Shown here: piece by piece, positions 45,868 to 55,292 of the stretch
Numbering within the stretch: position 1 is the stretch's first letter
Layout: every line of letters begins with the position of its first letter
IMG/VR virus record: IMGVR_UViG_3300037313_000418
Span: 1-62,516 of that record
DNA: 62,516 bases
Direction: 5' to 3' (one strand)
Source of the DNA: a virus
Lineage: Duplodnaviria; Caudoviricetes
Position numbers and translations under genes: made by a program
The notes under the pieces: model-generated
Told to the model about the DNA's origin: nothing
What the model saw: only the letters and a program-made list of their open reading frames with translations
Databases searched by the model: none

Positions 45868-46248
45868 ATGGCGCAGGTTAAGTTCAAGGACACGGCCAAG
45901 CTCAACCTGAGCATCAATCAGGGCGCGACCTATCGCAAGCAACTCGTATATAAAGCTGGCCCGACCAATGCGCCGGTCCCGGTCGACCTGACTGGCTACA
46001 CGGCGCGCATGCAGGCGCGCGAATCCCAGGAAGCCACCGCCGTCCTGGTCGAGCTGGCCACGGAAAACGGCGGCATTACCCTGGGCGGTGCCGCCGGCAC
46101 CATCGATCTTTACATTTCCGCAACCGCCACGGCGGCATTCACCTGGACCAGCGCCGTGTATGACCTGGAGCTGATCGCGCCCAATGGCGATGTGCTGCGC
46201 AAGGTCGAGGGCTCCATTACCGTCCGTCCGGAGGTCACGCGTGGCTGA
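45868..46248 (+). CDS. Fibre adaptor-like beta-sandwich protein
   Basis: INQGATY...VDLTGYTARMQ...YDLEL...EGSITVRPEVT. Confidence 0.65.
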   Translation: MAQVKFKDTAKLNLSINQGATYRKQLVYKAGPTNAPVPVDLTGYTARMQARESQEATAVLVELATENGGITLGGAAGTIDLYISATATAAFTWTSAVYDLELIAPNGDVLRKVEGSITVRPEVTRG

Positions 46249-46849
46249 CGTCCTAGTCGAAGCAGTCACGGAAGTGCTGGTCGTTGAAGGCGACACGCAA
46301 ACCGATCTGATCGAAACCGCCGCTGCCGAACTCCTTCTGGAGACGGAAACCATCAATGAAGTGGTGGAAGTCGCGGAAACCGAAGTATTGGTCGAGCAGG
46401 TTTCGACTTCGGAAGTATTGCTGGAAACGGCCGAAGCGGTCGAACTGCTGGAAGTCGGGATACAGGGACCGCCGGGGCCGCCCGGACAGGCTGGCGTGAC
46501 TTACCTCACTTTTATCGCAGACGGCCCGGTGGGCGGGCATCGCGTCGTGGTGACGACGAGCGCAGGCAAGGTCGGCTATGCCGACAACACCAACCTGTCG
46601 CATGTCAGTGCCGTGGTCGGTATCACGCTCGGTGCGGCAGTGGATGGCGCGCCAGTCAACGTGCAGACTGCCGGCGAAATCACGGAACCAAGCTGGAACT
46701 GGACCTTACAACAACCTGTGTTTTTAGCGGCGAATGGCTTACTGACGCAGACCGCGCCGGCAAGCGGCTTTCACCTGGTCGTGGGCGTCCCTACCGCCCC
46801 GACGACACTGATCGTCAGCATCAAACAACCTTTCGTCTTGGGAGCCTGA
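46241..46849 (+). CDS. Virion fibre-associated protein (acidic repeats, short collagen-like GPPGPPG)
   Basis: GTG start with RBS GGAGG overlapping the upstream stop. Confidence 0.6.
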   Translation: MADVLVEAVTEVLVVEGDTQTDLIETAAAELLLETETINEVVEVAETEVLVEQVSTSEVLLETAEAVELLEVGIQGPPGPPGQAGVTYLTFIADGPVGGHRVVVTTSAGKVGYADNTNLSHVSAVVGITLGAAVDGAPVNVQTAGEITEPSWNWTLQQPVFLAANGLLTQTAPASGFHLVVGVPTAPTTLIVSIKQPFVLGA

Positions 46850-46850
46850 T

Positions 46851-47357
46851 ATGGCCTACAAATACCTCTACAACAACGCCGGCACGCTGACTGAACGCGA
46901 AGCGCTGGTGTCGTCGGCAGGCGCGGCAGACGCTGGCAAGATTCCTGCGCTGGATGCGGCAGGTCGTTTTGACGCCTCCATGATGCCGGTCGGGATTGGC
47001 GCGGATACCGCATCAATCTTGGCCAGCGAGAATATCGCTGCGGGCGACTATGTGAATGTCTGGAATGACGCCGGTGCTTTCAAGATCCGCAAGGCCGACG
47101 CCACCACGAACGGCAAGCGCGCGCACGGCTTCGTGTTGGCTGCGGTCGCGGCAGGCGCGTCTGGGACGGTCTATTTCGAAGGCACGAATACGCAAGTATC
47201 CGGGCAGACGCCTGGTGAAGTGTTCCTCGCCACCACAGCTGGCACCGGCGCGGCAAGCGCGCCCACCGCATCAGGCAACGTGGTGCAGCGCATCGGCGTG
47301 GCTGTTGGTGCAACGGCAGTCAGCTTCGAGGCTGGCCAACCCATCGTACTAGCCTAA
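46851..47357 (+). CDS. Virion structural protein
   Basis: Ala/Gly-rich; C-half similar in style to 46241-46849. Confidence 0.6.
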   Translation: MAYKYLYNNAGTLTEREALVSSAGAADAGKIPALDAAGRFDASMMPVGIGADTASILASENIAAGDYVNVWNDAGAFKIRKADATTNGKRAHGFVLAAVAAGASGTVYFEGTNTQVSGQTPGEVFLATTAGTGAASAPTASGNVVQRIGVAVGATAVSFEAGQPIVLA

Positions 47358-47360
47358 GTC

Positions 47361-47573
47361 ATGACAGTCCGCCGCCCCCTCATTAACGATGCTGGCACGC
47401 TCCGGGAACTTCCGGCAGGCGATGCGGTAGCAGGGGCCGCGCCGCTATGGTGGATTACCGCCGACGAGGCAGTGAGCGTGCCGGCGCGCGCGCAATACAC
47501 CATTCATGGCGAATTCAGGAATGAAGGCGAGCTGCGTCTTGGCGCAGACGCGGAACTTAGGGTTATGGCATGA
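47361..47573 (+). CDS. Small fibre-associated protein
   Basis: Operon context; ATGA coupling. Confidence 0.55.
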   Translation: MTVRRPLINDAGTLRELPAGDAVAGAAPLWWITADEAVSVPARAQYTIHGEFRNEGELRLGADAELRVMA

Positions 47574-49987
47574 GCAAAATTATTCTCGACGAAACTTCAG
47601 CAGTCATCTCTGGCGAGGACGGCAAGCACAAGCTGGTGGCCCGCGCCGCCGGTTTTAGTGAAGTAGCCCCGGACGGCACCGAAACGCTGATCTCTGGCAC
47701 CGCCGCGGTGACTGCGCACGTCGCCCAGGGCGGAGCTGCTCACGGCGCGGCGACGCCTAGTGCAGCAGGGTTCATGTCAGCTACCGACAAGACAAAATTG
47801 AACGGCATCGCAGCCGGCGCCACGGCCAACGATACGGATGAGAACCTGAAGAACCGGGCGAACCATACCGGCGAGCAGCCTATCAGCTCGGTGACGGGGT
47901 TGCCGGGCGCGCTTAACAGCAAAGCCGACCTCGTAGACGGCAAGGTCGCGGCATCCCAGCTGCCATCCTACGTGGACGACGTGCTGGAATATGCGGACTT
48001 TGCATCTCTGCCTGCGACGGGCGAGGCGGGAAAAATCTATGTCCTCGCTACTCCGTATACCAGTGGCGGCGTGACTTCCTCGCAATACCGCTGGTCTGGC
48101 ACGGCTTACGCACCGATCATCGCTAGCCCCGGCAGTTCCGATGCGGTGACGGAAGGGGCGACCAACCTGTATTTCACCGCGCAGCGCGTGCGCGATACCA
48201 TCCTCACAGGCCTCTCCACCGCAACAGGCACAGTAGTCAACGCCACGCACACTTTCTTGCAAGCCATCGGCTTCTTACAGAAGCAAGTGACTGACCTGGA
48301 TGCGAATAAAGCCAACCTCTCCGGCGCGGATTTTACGGGGCCTGTGTCAGTTATCTCAAATATCGGAGTTGGGTCAACAAATAGGACTGACTTAAACGGT
48401 ACAGGTAAAGGCGTCATTACAGCTAACGCACCTGGAACCGGAGGAGGCTATCACGCACAGTATGACGGGGATAACGTAGGCTATGTGATTGCTGCCGCTG
48501 ATGCACTGCGGATTAATACATTCACAGGTAAAACTATCAAGCTAGGTGTGGAAGCGATTGATAGGGTGGAAATCACTTCTACCGGCATCCAAGGCGCTAT
48601 CGGTCAAGACACGCCAGCAGCGGGGAGTTTTAACAAGGTATATGTAGCCGGTAACAATAATCTACTTAGCTTCCAAGACTCTGCTGGTACTGAACGCGCC
48701 GGTATGCGCCTGGACTCGTCTAATGTTTTTAACTATGGTTCTTATACAGCCGGGCATAAATGGCGTGTCTATGATGTAGAAGCCATGACGCTGGCATCCA
48801 GCGGCAACCTTATTCTTGGAGGTGCTACCGATGCAGGGCTGCGGTTGCAAGTAAGTGCCCCAGCTAATACCACGATTGGCGCACGCATCACTTCCAGCGG
48901 TGCAGCTACTGAGTCCTTATTAGAATTCAAAGACCCAGCCACTACAGCAGACTATAAAGTGCGATTCGGCTCTAAAGGCGATGCGGCGATTATATATGCT
49001 GGAGGTAGTGTTGGTCTGACGTTGGACTCTAACAGAAACCTACTGGCAGGGGCGACGAGTGGAAGCAATCACGTAATACAGGCTGTAGGCGGGGCTGTTT
49101 CGGCATCGCGTTCACTCGGTATCAACAATGGTATTGGCGCTAATGTTGCATATTTTTGGAACACGGCTGTTTCTGTCGGGGAAAACAGTGCAAATGCTTG
49201 TTTATATGTTCGCAAGGATTCCACTACTAGCCGATCTATCAATGCTGCGGGCACAATCAATGCATCCGGCGCTGACCAAGCTGAGTATTACAAGAAAGCT
49301 GAAGGCTGCGGCATCATCGACAAGGGCCAGATCGTTGGCGTCAATGCCCTTGGCGAAGTCACCGACAAGTACGCCGATGCGGTTTCATTCCTGATCAAAT
49401 CGACTGACCCGTATATCGTCGGTGGCGATGTATGGGGAAGCGAAGATGCGCTCGGCATGTCGCGTCCGGTTGAACCGAAATTCACGCCACCTAGCTATTC
49501 CGGTGCAGCACACCCCGGTGATGCTCCGGTAGCGCCGCAAGCGCCTGCCGAAGGTGCCGACGAAGAAGCACTGGCAGCCTATGCCGCCGCGCTTGAAGCG
49601 TATGAGGTGGCAGCCGCTGCCTACAGTTCCGCGCTATCCGCTTACAACCTCGACCGGCAGGCCCACGCAGCTGCCATCGAAGTAGCCAAGCAGATTTTCG
49701 ACACGGCAACCTATCCGACCTACCTGCAAGAGAAAGCCACGTTCGAGGCCGCACTGGAGGCTGCGCGCCAAAAGGTCGATCGCATCGCCTTCTCCGGTCA
49801 GGTGCCGGTCAACGTGCTGGGCGCCGTGCCGGGGCAATACATCGTTCCGGTTCAGGACGGTGAAGGCATCAAAGGTATCGCGGTTAATGATGCAGATATC
49901 ACGTTCGAGCAGTACCGGCGCGCAGTCGGCGTCGTGCAAAACATCCTGCTGGACGGACGGGCCAATGTGAGGGTAAAGGCATGCTGA
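47570..49987 (+). CDS. Tail fibre with C-terminal chaperone-like domain
   Basis: GFMSATDKTKL, QLPSYVDDVLEY, EGATNLYFT fibre motifs; NASGADQAEY...RIAFSGQVPV C-domain. Confidence 0.8.
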   Translation: MSKIILDETSAVISGEDGKHKLVARAAGFSEVAPDGTETLISGTAAVTAHVAQGGAAHGAATPSAAGFMSATDKTKLNGIAAGATANDTDENLKNRANHTGEQPISSVTGLPGALNSKADLVDGKVAASQLPSYVDDVLEYADFASLPATGEAGKIYVLATPYTSGGVTSSQYRWSGTAYAPIIASPGSSDAVTEGATNLYFTAQRVRDTILTGLSTATGTVVNATHTFLQAIGFLQKQVTDLDANKANLSGADFTGPVSVISNIGVGSTNRTDLNGTGKGVITANAPGTGGGYHAQYDGDNVGYVIAAADALRINTFTGKTIKLGVEAIDRVEITSTGIQGAIGQDTPAAGSFNKVYVAGNNNLLSFQDSAGTERAGMRLDSSNVFNYGSYTAGHKWRVYDVEAMTLASSGNLILGGATDAGLRLQVSAPANTTIGARITSSGAATESLLEFKDPATTADYKVRFGSKGDAAIIYAGGSVGLTLDSNRNLLAGATSGSNHVIQAVGGAVSASRSLGINNGIGANVAYFWNTAVSVGENSANACLYVRKDSTTSRSINAAGTINASGADQAEYYKKAEGCGIIDKGQIVGVNALGEVTDKYADAVSFLIKSTDPYIVGGDVWGSEDALGMSRPVEPKFTPPSYSGAAHPGDAPVAPQAPAEGADEEALAAYAAALEAYEVAAAAYSSALSAYNLDRQAHAAAIEVAKQIFDTATYPTYLQEKATFEAALEAARQKVDRIAFSGQVPVNVLGAVPGQYIVPVQDGEGIKGIAVNDADITFEQYRRAVGVVQNILLDGRANVRVKAC

Positions 49988-50262
49988 CCATCGTCCTTTT
50001 CATCATCCTCTGCATCCTGCAGATCAACGATATCGGCTCGACTTACTACCTGCTGTCTCGCGGGTACAAGGAGGCCAATCCCGTCATGCGATGGCTGATC
50101 AAGCAACTGGGCCTCGGCCACGCCCTGATCTGGCCGAAGGTCATTGTGATGATCGGCCTATGGTTCTGGCTGAACGCCTATGTATTGGCTGCTTTGTGCG
50201 CGCTGTATGCCTGGGTGGTATGGCGCAATCTCAATCTGGCGTATCGAGCAGGCAGACGGTAA
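49981..50262 (+). CDS. Small membrane protein (DUF5658-like)
   Basis: D..STYY.L..GYKEANPVMRWLI; multiple TM segments. Confidence 0.7.
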   Translation: MLTIVLFIILCILQINDIGSTYYLLSRGYKEANPVMRWLIKQLGLGHALIWPKVIVMIGLWFWLNAYVLAALCALYAWVVWRNLNLAYRAGRR

Positions 50263-50318
50263 GTAGCGTAGTCGGCATTCAGATTTTGCTGAAATTAATA
50301 ATCAACAAAAACCACATC

Positions 50319-50663
50319 ATGACAGACACCCTAGAAAAATCCCTCGCCGTCGCCATCGCCAAGATGGATAACTTGCACGGCGATGTGCAAGAGATCAAGA
50401 GCGCCCAGCGCGATATGGCAACCGCCATCATGAAGATGGCTTTGGTCGAGGAACGGCAAAGCCAAGCCGCGCTGGCGCAGGAACGCACGTTCAAGGTGTT
50501 GGAAAAGATGGAAAACCGCTTCGATGCGCTGGAAAAACGGGTGGTCGAACTGGAGAAGGACGAGCCGACGCAAAAGCGGGTGGCCGACTGGGTATTTGCC
50601 GCTGTATGGGGCGCGGTCGGGCTGGTGGCGATGTTCATCGGTAAGCAGGTAGGGTTACTGTGA
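50319..50663 (+). CDS. Coiled-coil protein with C-terminal TM (holin/antiholin-like)
   Basis: Precedes the endolysin; a single C-terminal hydrophobic segment. Confidence 0.55.
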   Translation: MTDTLEKSLAVAIAKMDNLHGDVQEIKSAQRDMATAIMKMALVEERQSQAALAQERTFKVLEKMENRFDALEKRVVELEKDEPTQKRVADWVFAAVWGAVGLVAMFIGKQVGLL

Positions 50664-51190
50664 ACCCGCTCTTAAAAAAGCGCCTCGCCCTGGCCGGTGG
50701 TGGCGGCACGCTGGCGATCGCGGCCGTGCTGGGCGCCTGGTATGAAGGTGACGGCCCCAGCGTCAAGCAGCCCGATGGCGTGGTGCATTACGTGCCATAC
50801 CGCGATACCGGCGATGTGTGGACCGTCTGCCGCGGTGTCACCGGCCCCGAAGTCTTCCCCTACAAACGCTACACCATCCCGGAGTGCCGCGCGTTGGAAC
50901 GCGCCGCACTGGTAAATGCCGAGCGCGGTGCCAAGGCCGTGCTGCGGCATTACGGCGCGTACAACAAGTGGCGGCAAGCGGCGCTGGTCGACTATACCTA
51001 TAACTTGGGCGCGGGCGCCCTTGCCGGCAGCACCATGGCGAAAAAATTCAATGCCGGCGATGAAGTCGGCGGCTGCCAGGAATTGGCGCGGTGGGTCAAG
51101 GGGCGCGTCAAGGGCAAGTTGGTCACACTGCCTGGCCTAGTGGACCGCCGCGCCACCGAACAGGAACTGTGCCTGGGAGCGATCACATGA
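50660..51190 (+). CDS. SAR endolysin (GH24 lysozyme)
   Basis: Gly/Ala-rich N-terminal TM, then EG...YRDTGDVWTVCRGVTG, YNLG and GLVDRRATE. Confidence 0.9.
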   Translation: MNPLLKKRLALAGGGGTLAIAAVLGAWYEGDGPSVKQPDGVVHYVPYRDTGDVWTVCRGVTGPEVFPYKRYTIPECRALERAALVNAERGAKAVLRHYGAYNKWRQAALVDYTYNLGAGALAGSTMAKKFNAGDEVGGCQELARWVKGRVKGKLVTLPGLVDRRATEQELCLGAIT

Positions 51191-51366
51191 ACCGTTACCG
51201 TAGCCGTAAATTCATCCTGACGCTGGCGTCGGTGGCCTCGGCAACCGGGCTGGTCGCGTTCGGCCTGATCAGCGATGGCGTCTATTCCACCGTCATGATT
51301 GCAACGGTCGGCGGCTACCTGACAGCCAACGTCGCGCAGAAAGCGACAATCAAGGAGCCGCAATGA
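51187..51366 (+). CDS. Small 2-TM holin-like protein
   Basis: SRKFILTL...GGYLTANVAQK; between the endolysin and Rz. Confidence 0.6.
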   Translation: MNRYRSRKFILTLASVASATGLVAFGLISDGVYSTVMIATVGGYLTANVAQKATIKEPQ

Positions 51367-51854
51367 CACTTCCATTATGGTTCCGCGCCACCGTCGCCGC
51401 TGTGATCATTGCTGCTGTCGTGGGCATCTTGGGTGCAATAGCCTACGGCATTGACCAGAACGGCTACCAGCGCGCCGAAGCGAGGTGGAAAGCGAAATAT
51501 GCCGACCTCGAAGCCAAGCAAGCCAAAGCCAATGCCGACGCCAAGGCCGCCGCCCTGGTGAAGGAGCGGGAATATCAAGCCAACTTACAAGGAGCCCAAG
51601 ATGCTGCCAAAAAACGGGAAGCCGCCATACTTACTGACGCTAATCTTGCTCGTGTTGAGTCTGAGCGCGTGCGCGGCGACCTTGCCGCCATCCGAGCCAA
51701 GCTGCCCAGCCTTGCCGAAGCGGCCGTCCGTCGCTACGCAGACGCCGCCAGTGTCGTATTCGACCAGTGCCAAAGAAGATATACAGAAGTGGCAGAAATC
51801 GCTGACCGATGCGGTAGCGACCTCAAAACCTTAGAGGATGCCTGGCCAAGGTAG
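51363..51854 (+). CDS. Rz: i-spanin (Rz-like)
   Basis: N-terminal TM, coiled coil, C-terminal Cys; contains an embedded lipoprotein gene. Confidence 0.85.
   Translation: MTLPLWFRATVAAVIIAAVVGILGAIAYGIDQNGYQRAEARWKAKYADLEAKQAKANADAKAAALVKEREYQANLQGAQDAAKKREAAILTDANLARVESERVRGDLAAIRAKLPSLAEAAVRRYADAASVVFDQCQRRYTEVAEIADRCGSDLKTLEDAWPR
51601..51834 (+). CDS. Rz1: o-spanin (Rz1-like lipoprotein) embedded in Rz
   Basis: +1 frame; RBS AAGGAG; lipobox LSAC; Pro-rich. Confidence 0.85.
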   Translation: MLPKNGKPPYLLTLILLVLSLSACAATLPPSEPSCPALPKRPSVATQTPPVSYSTSAKEDIQKWQKSLTDAVATSKP

Positions 51855-51902
51855 CACAGAAGTTTTATCACATTCATATTTCATTTTTAAGGGGTAATAA
51901 TC

Positions 51903-52361
51903 ATGGCACGCGGTGATGTTAAATGGTTTGCAAGTTTCATTCAGAAGTCGAAGGATGGTGTCGGCTTCGACTTGGCCGGCGATGCGATCAAGATGGGGAT
52001 TGTCGGCAATGGTGTCGCACCGACTGTTTCCACGGCTGACCCGCGCTGGGGCAGCGGCGGCACGACTGACTTTTCGGCGCAGCAGGTCGGTACCGGTACG
52101 GCCTATACCGGCCCGATCACGCTGGCGAACGTGACCTATGCGCGGTCGAGCGGCGTCACCACGCTGGATGCTGACAACGTGACAGTAGCGCAGGACGCGG
52201 CCGGCTTCACGACAGGCTATTGGGGCATCCTGTATGACGATACCGTGGCCGGGAAATACGCCATCGGCTTCGTTGACCTGGGTGGCCCGGTGTCGATTCA
52301 GGGCGGCCCGCTGAACATCAACTGGAACGCTTCCGGCATCCTGCAAGAAACGGCGAGCTGA
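51903..52361 (+). CDS. Small virion structural protein
   Basis: Thr/Gly-rich beta protein similar in style to 28612 and 29122. Confidence 0.6.
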   Translation: MARGDVKWFASFIQKSKDGVGFDLAGDAIKMGIVGNGVAPTVSTADPRWGSGGTTDFSAQQVGTGTAYTGPITLANVTYARSSGVTTLDADNVTVAQDAAGFTTGYWGILYDDTVAGKYAIGFVDLGGPVSIQGGPLNINWNASGILQETAS

Positions 52362-52363
52362 TA

Positions 52364-52765
52364 ATGGCTAAGCTGTTGATCCGCACCGTCAACGGCGAGA
52401 ACTCGCAGCGTTACATGCGCGGCGATGTAGTGGCGGTTTTTCCTGATTCGCACGAATTCGGGCGGCTAGAAAGCCTTGCTGTTTGGGTGGCGGAAGGACG
52501 CAACAAGGCGGATTGGCCGGGCGGCTTTGCCATCATCGAGATTGAAGGCCTAGCCGTCGAGGATGCGCGGCAGTATGTTGAAGAGGTTTTTCTCGCCGGC
52601 GCGACAACCCCGGTAATCGCCCAGCGACGTAGATGGACACTGGATTACACGCAGCTTGAGCGGCGTGAAACTGGTGGCGGGCGCGATACGTTGAATACGG
52701 AAGGCCGGATTAAGCGGCGCTGGAGTGACGCCGACGTGCCGGGCAAATTCCGGGTGAAAGGCTAG
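52364..52765 (+). CDS. Hypothetical protein
   Basis: RGDVVAVFPDSHEFG; operon context. Confidence 0.65.
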   Translation: MAKLLIRTVNGENSQRYMRGDVVAVFPDSHEFGRLESLAVWVAEGRNKADWPGGFAIIEIEGLAVEDARQYVEEVFLAGATTPVIAQRRRWTLDYTQLERRETGGGRDTLNTEGRIKRRWSDADVPGKFRVKG

Positions 52766-52767
52766 GC

Positions 52768-54642
52768 ATGGCCGTCAAGACCATCAAGGCCAGCGGCGGC
52801 GATTACACTGGGCTTTCGGCCTGGGAAGCCGCATTGCCGGCAACGACTTCAGCGGTCGAAGGGGCGGAGTGCTACGACTTCGACCTGTCCGACAACTTTG
52901 CCGTGTCTGGCGTCACGACCAGCGCAGCGAACTACCTGCACATCTACACGCCAGCTTCGGAGCGCCATGACGGGCGTTCGCGCACGGTGTCGGGTTCTGG
53001 ATTTCGCATCAAGGACACCACCGGGGCGGGCACGTTCCGGCTAGGCACGACGGGCCATGTCCGGCTGGATGGCCTGGAAATCGAGCAGACCGGCGCGAAT
53101 AGCGCGATGCTGCTGATGAATGGGCTTGATGCCGGCAACGATATCCGCGTCGAGAACTGCATCATCCACGACGCACAGACCGGCACGGCGTACACGATTT
53201 TGGCCATCGCGTCTGGTCTAAACCTGGCGTTCCGTAACAATATTGTCTACGGTAATTGCCGTTCATGGGATACGCGCGGCGCGGCTTCGGTACTGTGCGA
53301 AAACTCGACGTTCTGGCGGCACCAGGCGCAGCTTGGCCTTGTGTCCGATGCGGAACTGACTTGTAAGAACACGTATTCCGGCCATACGGGCGGCGCAGCG
53401 GATGACTTCTGGAGTGGCGGCAGCCCGAGCGGTAACAACAACGCGTCAAGCGATACATCGGCGACGGCGCGATTCACTAGCAGCGTTAACAGCGTGGCAG
53501 GCTCCGCTGTGTTCGTGTCCGTCACGGCGGGCGCTGAGGACTTCGCGCTTGCGGCTGGAGCAAACGCGCTAGTCGATGCAGGAGCCACGCTCGCCAGCGT
53601 AACAACCGACGCAAAAGGAACGGCAAGGCCGCAGGGCGCTGCATATGACATTGGTGCATTAGAGCGCGCAGCAGCGGGCGGCGGAGCTGCAACGGATGTC
53701 AATTGCGCAATTGGCGCGCTGGCAGCATCCGGCCTTGCCGCCTCCATTGCACTGACAACCGCGATTGATGCAACGGTTGGCGGGGTGGAAGCCACAGGCC
53801 TGTCTGCCTCGGTCAGCATCGGCACGGTGGTTGATGCCGTGGCAGGCTACGCCGCCGCGCAGGGTCTTTCGGCAAGCGTCTCCATCTCTACGGTAGTGGC
53901 ATGCGGAACTGGGGCTCTGTCCGCAACTGGCCTAGCCGCCGCGCTGGACAATGGCACATCGGTCAGTGCAGGCATCGGTGCCGCGGCGATTGCTGGGCTG
54001 CCGGCTACGATCCTGACGCAAACTACCATCGAATGCAGTACCGGTGCGCTCGACGCTAGAGGGCTTGTAGCGCAAGTCGGCATTGCAACGGAGATCGACT
54101 GCCAGCCTGGCGGCCTGATGATTGCAGGATTGCCGGCAGGTGTTGCGATCAGCGTCACGATTCAAGCATCTGTCGGCAGCCTTGTATTGACCGGCCAGGC
54201 TGCCAGCATTTCCGTTGTCACAACCACCAACCTGATCTCCAATGCGTTGCGCACGCTATTGGTGCCGTTGCGAGCTAGAAGAATTTCCGTGCCTGTGCGG
54301 CAGCGTCAATTTATCGTTAGGAACGAAATGATTTATCAAGCAGACAGCAAGCGGTCGGACGAATCCCCGGTGTTTTCGCTGAATATCCGCAAGGAACTGG
54401 CGCTTACTGGTGATGCCATTTCATCGGTGACAGCGGAGATTGAGGTTGCGACTGGATCCGATCCTGCTGTTGGCAGCATGCTTGTTGGCTCTGCAACCCA
54501 TATCGGCAGCATTATCTCAGCCCGTGTTGGCGGTGGCGTGTCTGGCAATAAATACAACCTGAAATTCACCGTTACCACGCCGCAGCAGGTGCTGACCTAC
54601 GTGGTTAGCATCCCGGTCGATGATGAAGGCGCTTTTGTGTGA
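52768..54642 (+). CDS. Second fibre-like protein: beta-helix, ~24-aa repeats and a fused adaptor-like C-domain
   Basis: ENCIIHD/RNNIVY/ENSTF beta-helix pattern; RPQGAAYDIGALE; repeated G-x-L-x-x-x-GL-x-A units. Confidence 0.65.
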   Translation: MAVKTIKASGGDYTGLSAWEAALPATTSAVEGAECYDFDLSDNFAVSGVTTSAANYLHIYTPASERHDGRSRTVSGSGFRIKDTTGAGTFRLGTTGHVRLDGLEIEQTGANSAMLLMNGLDAGNDIRVENCIIHDAQTGTAYTILAIASGLNLAFRNNIVYGNCRSWDTRGAASVLCENSTFWRHQAQLGLVSDAELTCKNTYSGHTGGAADDFWSGGSPSGNNNASSDTSATARFTSSVNSVAGSAVFVSVTAGAEDFALAAGANALVDAGATLASVTTDAKGTARPQGAAYDIGALERAAAGGGAATDVNCAIGALAASGLAASIALTTAIDATVGGVEATGLSASVSIGTVVDAVAGYAAAQGLSASVSISTVVACGTGALSATGLAAALDNGTSVSAGIGAAAIAGLPATILTQTTIECSTGALDARGLVAQVGIATEIDCQPGGLMIAGLPAGVAISVTIQASVGSLVLTGQAASISVVTTTNLISNALRTLLVPLRARRISVPVRQRQFIVRNEMIYQADSKRSDESPVFSLNIRKELALTGDAISSVTAEIEVATGSDPAVGSMLVGSATHIGSIISARVGGGVSGNKYNLKFTVTTPQQVLTYVVSIPVDDEGAFV

Positions 54643-54801
54643 TCGAAATAACCGCCGTTTCATTACCGGCAAGCACTGGCCGGGGCCGCCGGGCGGAAAT
54701 ACGGCAGCAGAATCTTCCGGGGGTGATTGGCCATCCCTTTGGTGCGCGCCGAGAACCGACAACCTGCAGCGCCTAACTCGCCGGGCGTAATCGGATGCAG
54801 G

Positions 54802-54981
54802 TTAAAACTTCGCCGCCGGCACCCATTCAATCACATCCGACACCGGGCAATGCTCTTTGGCACCATCCGTGAAGATGAATACCCAGGCATACGGATCCCA
54901 GCGCGCCTCCCTTTCGCCGGCCGCCGTGGTCACGGTGCACAGTTCGCCGTCTTGAAGTAGGGGTAGGGCGTTATTGCTCAT
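54802..54981 (-). CDS. 59-aa moron-like protein next to attP
   Basis: MSNNALPLLQDGELCTVTTAAGEREARWDPYAWVF...; TGATAAT 8 nt upstream of ATG. Confidence 0.5.
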   Translation of the reverse strand: MSNNALPLLQDGELCTVTTAAGEREARWDPYAWVFIFTDGAKEHCPVSDVIEWVPAAKF

Positions 54982-55037
54982 AGGGGAATATTATCAAGCG
55001 CGTCTTGCTATTTTGGTTGGGTTTTGGTGTCCATTTT

Positions 55038-55290
55038 AGTTCCGCAAATAAAAAGACACCCGCGTAAACAGTGGGTTTCCTCGTGCTGGAGTTTACATAA
55101 TTGCGGAATTGAAATAAACTTAAGTAACTGATTTGTTTAGCTAAATCCTCGGACTTAAAATCCGCCGCTTACCCGAGAGGGGGCGTACCGGTTCGATTCC
55201 GGTCTCAGGCACCAATTAAGGCTTTGCGGCGTTTTCGTGGTTGGGAAACGAGCAGGCCACAGTTCCGCAAAATACCCGCAGTTCCGCAAA
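55038..55290. repeat. attP arm-type integrase sites and IHF-like site
   Basis: AGTTCCGCAAA at 55038, 55261 and 55280; inverted partial copy at 55101; TAAGTAACTGATT at 55121. Confidence 0.75.
55151..55214 (+). other. attP core: 3' portion of tRNA-Leu(TAA)
   Basis: GGACTTAAAATCC anticodon arm, long variable arm, GGTTCGATTCC T-loop and CCA end; the 5' half is absent; adjacent to the integrase. Confidence 0.9.
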
Positions 55291-55292
55291 AA

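Noticed and set aside
45868-54642. Diversity-generating retroelement or invertible tail-fibre switch
   Set aside because: I found no reverse transcriptase, template/variable repeat pair, invertase or inverted crossover sites.
55151-55214. Functional phage-encoded tRNA-Leu
   Set aside because: The acceptor 5' strand and D-arm are missing; position and arm repeats fit an attP core.
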